Assembly: GCA_951406725.2 (NCBI GenBank)
Contig: OX597821.1
Coordinates: forward strand, 72,602,001 to 72,666,000
Direction of reading: 5' to 3'
Length of the DNA: 64,000 nt
From: Octopus vulgaris
Lineage: Eukaryota
Part shown: positions 26,501 to 40,526 of the stretch, piece by piece
Layout: each line of letters opens with the position of its first letter
How positions within the stretch are numbered: the stretch's first letter is position 1
Program-made: the position numbers and the translations under genes
Notes under the pieces: generated by a model
Database searches by the model: none
Told to the model about the DNA's origin: nothing
What the model saw: only the letters and a program-made list of their open reading frames with translations

Positions 26501-29500
26501 GGATAACCAGGGATCAGTCTATTTCCTTCCCCTGAGACTTTGTCCCTATCGCTGGAAAGGATGGTGAATTCCTGAAGAGGGTGACTTAGAGGTAGGTCAT
26601 TGATTTTTCACCAAGTGGAAACAGTAATTGAGCCAGTAAGCACCTAGCGAAAGCAGGTAAATGCTAAAGAAACCAATGAAACAAAATGTCAGTGAATGCA
26701 ACTGTGTGTGTGTGTGAATGAGAGAGAGAGAGAGAGAGAAGAGGTGGGACTAATCAACGGAATCACTAAATGGAATTTGAAAAAAAATATGGAAAGTTCC
26801 GATGCAAAGGACGAGGTTTTCTTACGAGAAAGTGACATGTACAGCAATTGAACAAGGTTTAAGGAAGAACTAAAAGACAGACAGCAACAAAAGGATTTCT
26901 AGGTTCTGCACTTATTTTGGTTCCTCTTGGCTGCCAATTAGTTCAGAGAAAAATCACTTTGATTACACAACAATGAATCAGACTTTATAATATTCATGTT
27001 CAATCTTTAACATATTTTAATAAAAATTTAATTAAATTATATTATTAAACATCGTTTCTAGTAAAATATTATTTGTCTTTTTGCTTTTAAATAAATTTAA
27101 AAACTAAAGTTAAAATCAATAATTGACTTTATCAGGAGAAAAGGATGAACCCATAATCTTTTTTTCAAAATCACCGAAACTGGTCAAAGGAAACCTAAAT
27201 ATTAAACTGACCGATGGATGAAGTCTACAACAGAAATGAACCTTCCGATACCAAATTTGGTTCACAAGGTTTTGCTGTTGAATTGAGGCTGTGGTTAAAG
27301 ATAACACACAATGGAACTGAATCCAAAACGATGTAATTATAAACCAAATATCTTAATTGTAAAACCATGGTTAAGATGTCTGCTTTGCAATTTCAAGATT
27401 TGGGCTTGAAAGGGGACAAAACAAAATTTTGAGGAACAGAAATCTTCACCTTTTGAAGGTTTTATTTCAAACTTGTTTGTTGTCTTTGTTTAGTTTCTGG
27501 TCAATTCTGGTCACATAAAAATATGACCACAAGGTGTCCTAGCTGAGACCCTAGGACTACTTTAACCAAAATGTCTTTTCTTCTTTAAGATGGTGAAGTG
27601 GGATCTGAAGGATGGAGTGATCAGATATAAGCTTTCTCATCCGATTGTTCACTGGTGGGTTTTATCAGTTGCATAAAAAATACAAGCAAATATTATTGCC
27701 ACGAATGTGTTACAAGCAAATCCAAAGAATTAGTTCCCATTAATTAAGTGTTAATGGTAATTCATGTTCTTTAAGCCTGATTGAGCAAATCTATGGCTAA
27801 AAGCTCTAATCTTTATCTCCATTGTCAAGTGTGTCCCTCACTTTCAATGGTAGCATTGTGTGTGGTGACACAAGAGTCCCCCGCCCCTCCATTGGGCTAA
27901 TTCATTGTTGGCAGAGTGATCTTCCCCTTGAAATAATTCCAGTTGGTATCTGGTGGCACAAGGCAAAGGCAGTTTTATAGGATAAGTTGCGCTCTACAAA
28001 GCCTGATACATTTCGTGGACGACCAAAACAACAACCTGCATCACCAACCTTTCCAATGTGGCGCTAGTTACAAGTCTATTCGAAAGACAGATTTAAGATA
28101 AGGACTCATTTCATCTGAAAGAATTAACCAGAAGGAAGAAGATAAACGTCACACGTATTTAGTTATGAGTATAAATGTGTTATCTGAATGTTTACACACA
28201 CACACACACACACACACTAATAAGCTCTATTGTTTATGTCATTGAGTACTTGGTTTCAAAATCAAAATCAAAAAAATCTCAAGTCTTTTATACAGACTCC
28301 TTTCATCATAAAGCTAAGTTCATTCTTCCTCATGAACACAACTTGTGTTTTAGGTGAGGCTTGAGGCGTCCACCAAGTTTCTTTCCTTTCTCATTCACTC
28401 TCTTCTTTCAAACTCTGACTGGATCATCTTTTGCCTTTCATCCTTTGCACATCAATAAATCCAGTCAAACACTGGGGTTGATTCTTTGCTCTTTTTTGCG
28501 TACTCGTACATTAAAGGCCACACATGCTGTCCTAATTCACTCTAAGAATTGCTTTCAGGGTACAAGGTATTACTCAACTACTTAAGCATAAATTTCATAA
28601 AAACAAATCCAAATTCTTGGACAACCGAATGCTCAGTGCGGAGACTGACGGAGAGTGAATGCACCCTCAACACCAGGACTCTGGTGCTGCCTAAACAGCC
28701 CTTATTTTATTTGTTAACTTGTTATCTGGAGTTGGATGTGTCTACTATGTCTCACACCCAATCAGTAAATTGGAAACAAGGAATTCGGTTTGGTATCTAG
28801 AAACTCTTTCTTTCTGAACTCTCCAAAGAGTACAGAAGCCTGCCAGGAGCAGTTTCCAATCTCCTCATCCAGTGTAGAGATGTTGAAGATAATGCTGCCG
28901 CTAAACTGAGAGGATGCGGTTTGTTGTTGCACTCGTACTGAGAATGTGGAGAGGAGAGACTGTGCCGTTAGCAGAACACCTCAGTTTTCTGGATGGTTCT
29001 GTCAGGCTTCTTCGCTTATAAACTTTAACAGCTGCTGTGGCGATGACTTGTAGAAGTGTCTGCAGTATGAGCTACAAGAGCACACTCCCCAACAAACTGT
29101 TCTTAAATGATCTCTCCATTAACAACTCAAGCATTACAAACATGGGTGGCCATCCAGACTTTGAGAACACCCCCACAGGAATCAATACATCCACAAAGAT
29201 AATTTAGAGGTCTTGATGTTGCTCTCTGCGTTTCTCTGGAATTTAGTGCTGAGTAATGAAGAACATGTCAGCTATACTTCAATCTTTGTAAAAACAATCT
29301 CTTGACTCAGCTGTGATGTCTTCTGATATGGATTAAAAGAGTTTTGTAATTAAGACTTTATAGTCAAGACCTTTCCTGAAAGAAAGCAGAAGTCTGCTAG
29401 AGCAAACAGATGTGCTTCCCATGCTTTTGAAGACGGTGAAGACATCTACATCCTTCCAGTAGGGAGGTAGATATTTCAGAGTCTATGTTATGCAACAATA

Positions 29501-32500
29501 AGTTCTTGTGCATATGTAATCACCTTCCTTCAGAATTTTTGTTGGAATATTGTTGGCAGCACTCATCTTAGCAAAGGCGAGTGGTTTGTGAAAACAGTGG
29601 TGCATGATAAGTATTTCACAAAGAATCCTTCCAAGACTGCTGGATCCATTGGCTTAGGAATTGGTTGATGTATTCTCTCTAGTGCTATTCCTATGGGTAA
29701 CTGGTCTTTCAGAAAATATATGAACCCTGATGATTTGAGTAGTGACACGGAATAATTCTTGGAGACAGAATGATAGTATGTCTTTACTGCACCAGAAATA
29801 TTAATCATGTCTCATGCTTGTCAGCATAATTCAGAAATTCTAAAGATTTCATAATCCACTATTTATTTTCAGATAGTTATGAGATATACACATGATAATA
29901 ATGATGACAATGATGATGATGATGATGGTGGCTGTGGACCTTATGTGTCATTCGTTACACACATGTATGGTAATGTTTTTAAAACAAATAATTAAAATTA
30001 ATCAACCTTTTGAGTTTTGAGCTCATCCGTAAGTCATCACCATTTATAAAAAGATGAGATTATGTGACATTCATGTATTTCCAACAATATTATAGCAGCA
30101 AAAGTGAAGTGGAAAAGTCATCCACACACAGAGATTAATATGTTTCTACAGTGAATTACAAAAGAAGCAGTGCTGAGTGGTGGAAGCTACTGAAATAACA
30201 AGACTACAACATAGAGGTAATTACTCGCTAAAGCAATTCGTTTGAGTGTGTGCACACATGAAATACTTTCCAATACAACAAGAAAATATTTTTTTTATAT
30301 AAAGTCTACCACTACAGTGCTCCATAAAATTAATATCAATTTACTATAAAAATGAACTGACCAAGTACATGCATACATAGTGCTGCCTGACTGGTTCTCC
30401 ATGCTGGTGGCACATAAAAAGTACCATTCAAGCATAGTCAATGCCAGTACCGCCTGATTGGCGCTCGTGCTGGTGGCACATAAAAAGCACCCACTACACT
30501 CATGGAGTGTTTGACATTAGGAAGGGCATCCAGCTGTAGAAATTCTGCTAGATCAGATTGGACCCTGGTACAGCCTTCTGGTTTGCCAGTCCTCAGTCAA
30601 AGCGTCCAACTCATGCCAGCATGGAAAGTGGACGTTAAACAATGATGATTGCTTGTACTGGACACAGAACTATGATTCCATCAGTTGTATATGTGTATAA
30701 ACTTATACATCCAAGTAATGAACAGACAAACAAGAAGAATAATCTATGGGAAAAGTAAAGTTTATAGAGTAAAGATTCGCATAAAAACTGTTGTCATAAC
30801 TTTTAAAGAGCAAATTTTTGCTTGCAGAACCTTAAATTCAAAATTATTTCATTTGAATAAATAGATAGAAAAAAAAAAAAAAAAAAAAAATAGAGAAGCT
30901 ATTTATAATATTTATACAAATAAATATTTTTGTGTAAAGTATCAATTGTGCTCTCTAATGTGCATGTGTGCGCATGAGTGTGAGCGTGTGTAAATGAGTG
31001 CATGTGCACGTGCGGGTGATGTTGTCTTACTTGAATATGAAAAGTCTTTTTCAGCCGAAAAATATGAACAAGAACTAGAAGATATGGAGTCACCATCTTT
31101 GTCTAGAAAGTAACACAATTTGGATACAGAGATAAAAGAGATTCAAAGCTAGTGCTCCAGCTGTACACAGCTTCAAAGTAAGAAAATACGTACACACTTT
31201 GCCATTTGATGAAGAAAAATGATGAAGGAAAAAATGACGTACCAACTGATTGGATTGCAAAGAAATAGAAGAAGGAGGAGGAAAAAGAAGAGGAATAATA
31301 ATAATAATAATCATAGCAGCAGCAGCCATGATGCAGTACCAGGCAGCAGCTCTCATCTTAACTGATTGGAAGTGTTATCATGTACATTGTTTTGTCTTGG
31401 TATAAAAGATGGTCTACTCAAATATTCTGCTCAATACCACAGATTTGCTTGTCAGTTGTTTGACCTTAACCAGTTGAGCATGTCCCTTAGTGGCTGACGA
31501 TATGTACATCTCTGATCACGAGCAGAAGTAGTGGGGGAGCATCATAGCTGTTTGTTGAAAGGAATTCTTAGAGGTTTGGATAATTCACCTTTGGAAACAT
31601 GGGTGTTTCATTCAACAACCTTAAACAATCCTTATTCAGGGACCTTTTGAGCGAGATGGGCTACTCGACCTGAAGAAAATTCTAATTGGACCCCCACCTG
31701 CAAGGTCATGTGCTGTTTATCTTGGTATGAGGTCACCATGTCGCGCACATATGGTTGTGATGCATGTGCCTGGTGTACCCTTATCAGACAGGTAGTCATG
31801 ATGGGTATACTGGGCTTCGTATATTTTACCCCAGTGTCACTCTGGCATTCACTACTCTCACACCCAATAATGTGGTGGTAAGTCATGAAATAAAAACACC
31901 AACAGTATTTTTAGAAATAGTAAAATAAAATAAGAAAACACAGTGTTGTGATGAGAGCAAAAGAGACATAAGAGGGGCAAACACCCGACACACCCACTTC
32001 CTCGCTTCTGCAGGTTTAAGGCAACAATAAAATAGACTTTTCTTCCTAAACATTACGAACATGGACATAAGTTGATCTTATTTGACATTTGGACCTTATG
32101 CCAATACAAGAAATCAAAATATATCGTTGCTGATTTTTAATACACACACACACACATTTGTGAACAGTGTTAGTTACATATTTCCAATGATCCAATTACT
32201 GCAGGTATTTTAGGTAACTTATAATTATACTCAATATATAACACGTACGCCTATACATATGGAAGGGTGTTAGAAACTTAACTACCCCACACTAAATCTG
32301 ATGAAACGAACATAAAAACCAATAATGACGATGAGTGAGTCCTACATTAAAGTAAAATCATGGCTTACTTCCCTTTAACTGAGAAACAGTTACCTCCCTT
32401 ACAAGATTTTTTTCAATAATAGGTTTTTTTTAAATTTATCATTTCTGTAGTGAAACAGTTTAAGGTGGTCATTCAGCGACTCCTTCAACTTGTTGGTAAT

Positions 32501-35500
32501 CATCTTATATAACTTGAATATAGATTATTTAAAAGGGAGATATTCGACAAGTCTCGGAAATGTGAAGTTTTTTTGGCAACAAAGGTTTCTCTTTCTGTAA
32601 AAGCTGCCTTTTGCCTGAAGAAGTAAACCTTCCTTAGTCAACAGAAGCAAGACCTTAAATCCACCCTTCTTTTTTACTAGTGATTTCACTCCATCCACTT
32701 TCTCTGCACTGATTAATTCGATCAGGTAACATACAACATTTGGCATCGTAGATCAAAAGGAATGAAGATATAAATATACTATGACATTAGTGAGTTCGTG
32801 GCTGGCTTGCAGGACGGCCTGCTGTGCTTGAGGAGACCTATTGTATCAAGTTCATCAACATCAAATAAAAATCGTATGGGTATTGCATTTGTGATACCCG
32901 TACCAGTGGCACGTAGGGCCTCACAGAGGAAATGACGAAGACCAAGACCTCTGAGATATGCTGTGATTGTGAAGACCCGACAAATGGAGTGAGTTCATGG
33001 CTGACCCGCTGTTCTTGAGGAGACCTATTGAGTCAGTACATCAACACCAACATCAAAATTAAAATCAAATGGAAATTGTAGTTAAGATACCCATGCCGGT
33101 GACACGTAAAAAGCACCGTCCGAACGTGGCCTGACCGGCGTCTGTGTCGGTGACACGTAAAAAGCACCAACCGATTGTGACTGTTTGCCAGCTTGCTCTG
33201 GCCCCTGTGCTGGTGGCACGTAAAAAGTACCCACTACACTCACAGAGTGGTCGGCGTTAGGAAGGGCATCCAGCTGTAGAAACATTGCCAGATCAGATTG
33301 GAGCCTGGTGCTGCCTCCTGGCTTCCCAGACCCCGGTCAAACCATCCAACCCATGCTAGCATGGAAAACGGATGTTAAACGATTATGATGATGATGATGA
33401 TGGCATTATCTCTACAACACATGGAATTCTGGATGGGTATTTGATCAGGGGTTTTCAATTACATCTGTTTATACACACACACACACTTACCTGAGTAAGA
33501 ATGATTCTGTGGAAATGCTCTCAATTTTTTCACCAATTTGTCCATTTCCTCTTCTGCCTCACTTGGAGAAATAATTGAAGAACATGGTGAAGAAACATCA
33601 AACTTATGAGTCGAGTCAAGAGTGGATTGGTCAAAATTAATGTCTATTTCAGGTACGCTGGTCATATTAGAATAAGGTGGTGGTTCTTTAAGAAGTGCAG
33701 GAAGCTCTGACCCATTCTGTAAACTGAAGCCACCTTGTGAAGAATGGTCATTATGGAACTGGTAATTATTGGAGGTTTGGAAACCATTCTGAATTGGAAA
33801 TCCATTTTGAGGATTAGTTTGGTGAAGGAAACCATTTGGTAGTTTATAACCATTTTGGGTTTGCAGGCCATTATATGACTTGTAACCATTTGTAAATGGA
33901 GGAATTGTCTGTGGTTTAAAACCATTCTGTGGAATATGGAATCCATTAGGAAAATTATAACCATTCTTTAAGTGGTAACCATTTTTCAAAGGTGAATTAT
34001 TGTGGTTAGTTCCATTTGTTACCACTGGATTTTGGTATTTTTCAGTTGCTGCATTATTCTACAAGGAAACAGAGAAAAAGATTCATTTTAAATTTACAAA
34101 CACGCTTTATTGAAAATGTACAAAAATGCACAGAAAGCAACTTTTGCCTCCGAAAGAAATTCTCTATTAGTGATGGAGCATAAATTAACACAAAATGTAG
34201 AAATGAAAAATTTCTCAACATTAAAAATCAGTATCATGTTAATTTTATCTATTGCCTTACTGGCATGTGAAAAACATTCGAGCGAGGTCGTTGCCAGTGC
34301 CGCTGGACTGGCACCTGTGCAGGTGGCACGTAAAAAACACCACTTGAGCATGGCCGTTGCCAGTACTGCCTGACTGGCCCTCGTGCCAATGGCACGTAAA
34401 AGCATCCACTACACTCTTGGAGTGGTTGGCGTTAGGAAGGGCATCCAGCTGTAGAAACTGCCAGATCAAGATTGGAGCCTGGTGCAGCCTCCTGGCTTGC
34501 CAGCCCTCAGCCAAATCGTCCAACCCATGCTAGCATGGAAAGTGGACATCAAACGATGATGATGGTGATGATGACTAGTTGTCACTTTGAAAACTATATA
34601 TTTCGAACGGCAATTTGCCAGCGCTACCTCTAGCCAAACAATTATTCTGTGCTAATGAAAGGAAATAACCCGGAAATTGTCCAACCCATGCTAGCATGGA
34701 AAGCGGTTGTTAAATGATGATGATGATTGCTATTAACTCCAGTTTGTCATATTTTATAGTAATTTGGAATTCTGTAATTTTAAAAATGCCAAACGTTTTA
34801 ATTATTCTTCATATTTTTCAGAAGACAAAAATGTCAGCCAGGAAAGAGACTAGTATTTCCACAGCAAAGGCATTTCATTCAATTGTACAATTAATGGAGC
34901 AAATAATGACAGAAATCAAGAGCATAATTAACAATTCTAATTAATGAACTCCAAGCACACTAATCTTCAACTATTCAAACTAAGCAGGATTTACATTAAT
35001 CCCAACCAAATAATCCGTGTCTTACAGCTGAAGGAAACTGAAAAAAAGTTATAGATTTTGCTCTTATTAATGAAAATATCACTGCATCCTTCAAAACTTC
35101 CTGCGATTCGCCAACACTACCCCTGATTTTCTCACCTCCATACACACAAGCAAGCATGTATCTAACTCATACACTGTTCTCTTCCCAGACATTTCTACAT
35201 TACTGCATATGCTTTATATGCACTTTTGACAAGTTGTGGTGCACCTGCGCACTGTATACAATAATTTCATTATTATTATTCTAAGAGTGTTGTAGTTTGC
35301 TTGAAGCATTGTAATATTGAAGAAAGGGACTAATGGAACCCGTGTAACTGGACATTTCCCAGAATGTTTCTGAAATGAAAGGGTTTTGGGAAACTTGTGC
35401 ACTGCCAGAAGCTTTCTATTTTATTTTTTTTCCTCCTTCGTTGATGAAAATATATTCCAATTTCAATTCTGCCTGACAGGTTTTCAAATATAAGAACTAT

Positions 35501-38500
35501 GCAAATGTTACCTTAATTAACGAACAACCATTTCAAATTATATTTGATTCTACAGAGGTTGGACAAAATAATGGAAACACCAAGCATCATAATTTTGAAA
35601 TATCTATAAAACCGTCAAAAGCTTGGTTGATTTTATGTTTTTTGATTTATTATTAGAGTTGCTTAATATGTTTTGCTAAAATTGCTGTTTCTTTTCAGAT
35701 ATCATCTATCTTATCTGGCCACCACAGTCTCCAGATCTCAATATTATTGAACATTTATGGTGCATTTTAGAAAAACAAGTAAGGAGCCAATATCCTCCAC
35801 CATCATCACTACAAGAACTGGAGACTGTTTTAGCTGAAGAATGGACAAAAATTCCTTTGGAAACAATTCAAACTTTGTACAAGTCCATACCTTATAGAAT
35901 TCAAGCTGTAATTACTACCAAAGGCGTTCCTATCCGATATTAAAATAAATTTGTTTGAAAATTTAAGGTGTTTCCATTATTTTATCCAACCCCTGTAATT
36001 TTTTTTCCTTTTTTTACCTTCAGCATGACGTGAACTCGATTCAGCTGCTTATTCAGCCTCAGATTATGGTCGTCCACAACTTCCTTTTTCGCTTCGACCA
36101 ATTCTTTCTCCATTTCAATGTCATCTCCATATGACAAGCTACTGCAGCTGTCTGTTCCATTGTCTCGAATTTCAGCCAACTGCCGATAGAGATTTCTGAA
36201 AGAAAAATAAATTAAGCAGGTTTCAATATACACATGGGAGAAAACAAATAACCACAAACTACTCCAAGATATTTAATCAGTTGTGACAAGAAACGGTGAC
36301 TTGTTTGGCAAGCCAAGTGAGACAATAACCATGGCCTGTGCCAGTGCTGTATAACCAGCTCCATTCAAGAGTACCCTTCAATCACTGGACAATAAACTAT
36401 GCTTGCAAAAACCTATTGAGGCAAGTGAAATTGCTGTCGTGGCCGATGACAGTACTGCCTGATTGGCACCTGTGCCAGTGGAATGTTAAAAGCACAACTG
36501 GAGTGTGATCGTTGCCAGGGTCGATGACTGGCTCCTGTGCCGGTGGCACATAAAAAAAGCACCATTTGAGAGTGGCTGATGTCAGTGCCACTGGACTGGC
36601 CCCTGTGCTGGTGGTACATAAAAGCACCCATTACACTCTCGGTGTAGTTGGCATTAGGAAGGGCATCTAGCTGTAGAAACTTTGCCAGATCAGATTGGAG
36701 GCTGGTGCAGCCTTGTGCCTCGCCAGCCCTCAGTCAAACTGTCCAACCCGTGCCAGCATGGAAAGCGGACGTTAAACGATGATGATGAATGTGAATGGCG
36801 GAAATAGATACTGAATGAAATGTCTTCTGACATTTAGTTTCGTTTCTATGTTCAGAGTTTAATTCCTTTTGAGATCAACTAACTTCCAATGCCCCAAGCA
36901 AAAAAAAAAACAGTATCAGTTATACACTGGGGTCAGCAGCTCAGTGAACTGTGCCCCTCTCTTCATTCCAAAGCAAGAAACCAATATTATACAATGTTGC
37001 AATGTTGGTGGGAAAGGTTGAGACTGTAGACAGGCAGAGAATCAAGAAGCATCTATACATTTCCCCCTCCTATGAAATATGTAGAGCAGAAGTAAACCAG
37101 GAGAGTGTTTGGACATTAAAGACAACAGCTGATGGATGTAGGTGGTGGCTTGTACAGGTGTAGTTCATTTAATTATGCAGTTTGAATGAACAACACACCT
37201 GTTTAGTGAAGAGGTATTGTGTTTTGGTAGTGGAAGTTTATTTTGGGTGAGGAGGAGGAGGAGGAGAAGGATGAGGATGATGATGATGATAGGAGGAGAG
37301 GAAGGATGATGATGATGAGGAGGAGAAGGATGATGATGAGGAGGAGGAGGAGAAGAAGAAAGATGAGGATGATGATGATGAGGAGGAGAGGAAGGATGAT
37401 GAGGAGGAGGAGGAAGAGGAGAAGGAGAAGAAGAAGAAGAAAAAGAAAGTGAGGTCAAGATCTGAGACAAAATTGGTAAAGAGTTTCATAGAGATAAAGA
37501 AACAGAATTGTGTCCATAAACCAATCAGTTAATTCCATTCAACTAATTAGCTTCCGAAAAGGATAAGGGGAAAGATAGAAAGGATAAGGAGTCAGAGAAA
37601 TCTATAAAAATTTCAGAACCTATAAACCCGGCCAACATAAAAGTGTAAGAAAGCAAATTCTAGTGTAATGATTGAGTGACTATTTTTCAGACTGCAGTTT
37701 AATTAAAGAAGTTCATTTAGATTACTTAAAGAGGTTTTATATTGTTGAACCTTGAGTCAAAATATGCTAATTCAGGCACAAAGAAACTTTCAGATAAATT
37801 ACTTTTTTATCAATTCAAATTCCACACATTTGAAATTACCACGAGAACTTTTAAGTATCCAACTGGAATGATTTTTAATATATCTGCAGCTCAACAGAAA
37901 TGGTAAAAATAGTATAGTATTTTACATGTCAATATTTACAAGTCTTTGTCTAAAACTATCATTTATTTAGAATTTGTTGAGTGTTGTTCAATATTTTTGA
38001 ATTGAACTAATATTCTTTTCTACTCCAGGCACAAGGCCTAAAATTTTTGGGAGAGGGGACCAGTCGATTATATTGACCCCAGTATGCAACTGGTACTTAA
38101 TTTATCAACCCTGAAAGGATGAAGGGCAAAGTGAACCTCGGTGGAATTTGAACTCAGAATGCAAAGACAGACGAAATACCACTAAGCATTTTGCCCAGCG
38201 TGCTAATGTTTCCGCCAGCTCACCGCCTTTGAATTGAACTAATAATGCAAGATGAAGTGGTACTGATGGAGCCAAGAAAATTCTTGTAATGATTGGGTGT
38301 TGCAAGAATGTGCATGAAATACATGCAACAGACCCATTGATGGCTACATCAATGCCCTCCTTGTTACAATTCTACTCAAGTCTAATGAAGTGCACTTAAC
38401 TAAAGAGATGAATATAATAATTATTTGGTTGTAGAATCAAACCAATTAACACAAATTGCACAAAAATGGGCATCATTTACCGATTTTCAGACTCCAAATC

Positions 38501-39724
38501 TCGAATAATCTTCTGGAGTTCCTGTACTTGTTGCAAAGCTACCGTTTCTGTCGGAGATGGTGTACGATTTTCCTATAAAAAGTAAAGATTTAGAATTATT
38601 CTGCATAATAAAAAGTGTGATGGGCATTTTATGAAAATGTAATCAATGAATACATTGAACCAATAGGAATTTTAACGAACAAGAACACAATTTCATAATC
38701 TATCTATCTATCCGCTCAGATGAAGTCGACTCTCGGTTACTCGATGGATCAGTGTCCTCCGGCCAGTTCTATCCTGGGTCGCTTCTTTCAGATTGGCTGT
38801 GTCCATTCCCATATCACTCTTGATGGTGTCAAGCCAGTGGGTTCTTGGTCAGCCTCTTCCTCTCTTGCCACTGACCATTCCAAGCATGATGTCCTTCTCC
38901 AGGGATTTTCTCCACATAATATGACCAAAATATGTCAATCTATGCTTGGTGATCCTAGCTTCTAGCGACAGTTTCGGCTTGATCTGGTTAAGAACTTCTC
39001 CATTGGTGAGCCTTGCTGTCCATGGAATCTGTAAAAGTCTTTTCTAACACCAAAGCTCAAATGGTACCATTTCCTAATAATCTATAATTAATCTAAGTCA
39101 ATGACAACAATCTCTGCTTCATATAATAATAATAATTATATCAATTATCAAACTTTCCTGATTGAACAATAAATTACCATTTATTTACTGTTTTGAATGT
39201 ATTTCAAGAGAGAGACACGGAAGCATTGCTTCTTACCTTGTTGTGGACACTGACTGATACCATCAGATTATCAGTTTGTAAAGATTTTGAACACGTTTGC
39301 TTTGCCCTGGTTGGATGTTCCATTTCACAAAGCCTAGCTGGAGCACTGGAAGCACTATCAGATGCATGACTTGTGGTAAGCCGAGAAACCTGTTCTTCGT
39401 ACATTGTAGACCTCCGAGTTGATGCAGTCGACCTGTAATGGGAAATCTCGAGCATTTAAGAACAAGGAAGTCGTGAAGAGAGGCAACGAGTCTGGACCAG
39501 ATGAAACAGATCTGAGAGATGACTAAAGTGACAGAGAATCTTTGTCAGTTAAAAGGACGAGATAAACTCAATGGAGCAGTTTATTCTGTTCCAACATAAA
39601 ACCATTGTTATTTTTAGTTTGGTCTGGAGGAAGAGGTTGTGTCCATGTTCTCCAAGACTGGTCAGCATGATAGTGGTTAGTGCACTAACTTGGAGGACAC
39701 AAAGGTGGTTCCCAATTGCCACCT

Positions 39725-39772
<48 letters not shown>

Positions 39773-40475
39773 GAGGGAAGGTTATAACACACAATTTCAT
39801 TTTTAACGTAAATGAACACAAAATGCCAGAAATGTATCATCTTTATGGCTAACCTACACAACATGCAGTTTCAAAGAAAACCACGGCACTTACATTGTGT
39901 CGCTGCCACCTCCAATACTGCTGTTGCAATTATCTACAGGTAGGTACTTTACTCGACGTTTGTACCTGTGTTTTTTACTCAAGTTGTTTCTCACAGTAAT
40001 TAGGAATGCTTTCATATCTTGTTTGGTGCTGGCCTGCAAAATAAACATTTGGCATTAATGAAACAAATTAGCGCTAAACACAAAACACTTCTTCATATTC
40101 TTTCTGCAATAATTATGACATCACTGCCAACCATTCCTGTTTGTCTTGCTACATCTCAGACACCAACCCGGCCGAAACCAGTTCTGGCTCTGTAGTACAA
40201 ATGTCTTGTTTTCATAAGTTTTGAATTAGAATCTTCCACCAAACCTTAGTCACAGTTTATGTTCCTAACACTAGTTTAATGATAACTAAGTTATTTTATT
40301 AAATTCTTTGTTATATTTAAAGTAATTGAAAAAAACATAGAGCATCTCAAAATAAATACAGTAACGAAAGGGTTAATACAATTCCTGTCACAGATATATC
40401 ACTTAAAACTTCAGTATCAAATGGGATCAAATCCCAAATAATCTTTATGTAGGTTTGTGTGTGTGTCTGTGTGTA

Positions 40476-40526
<51 letters not shown>

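Noticed and set aside
26400-26680. Possible extra or alternative terminal exon in the last intron
   Set aside because: Acceptor-like site present, but frames close quickly and show no family similarity
37165-37489. Poly-S/P/H and R/M-rich ORFs
   Set aside because: Translations of a trinucleotide microsatellite
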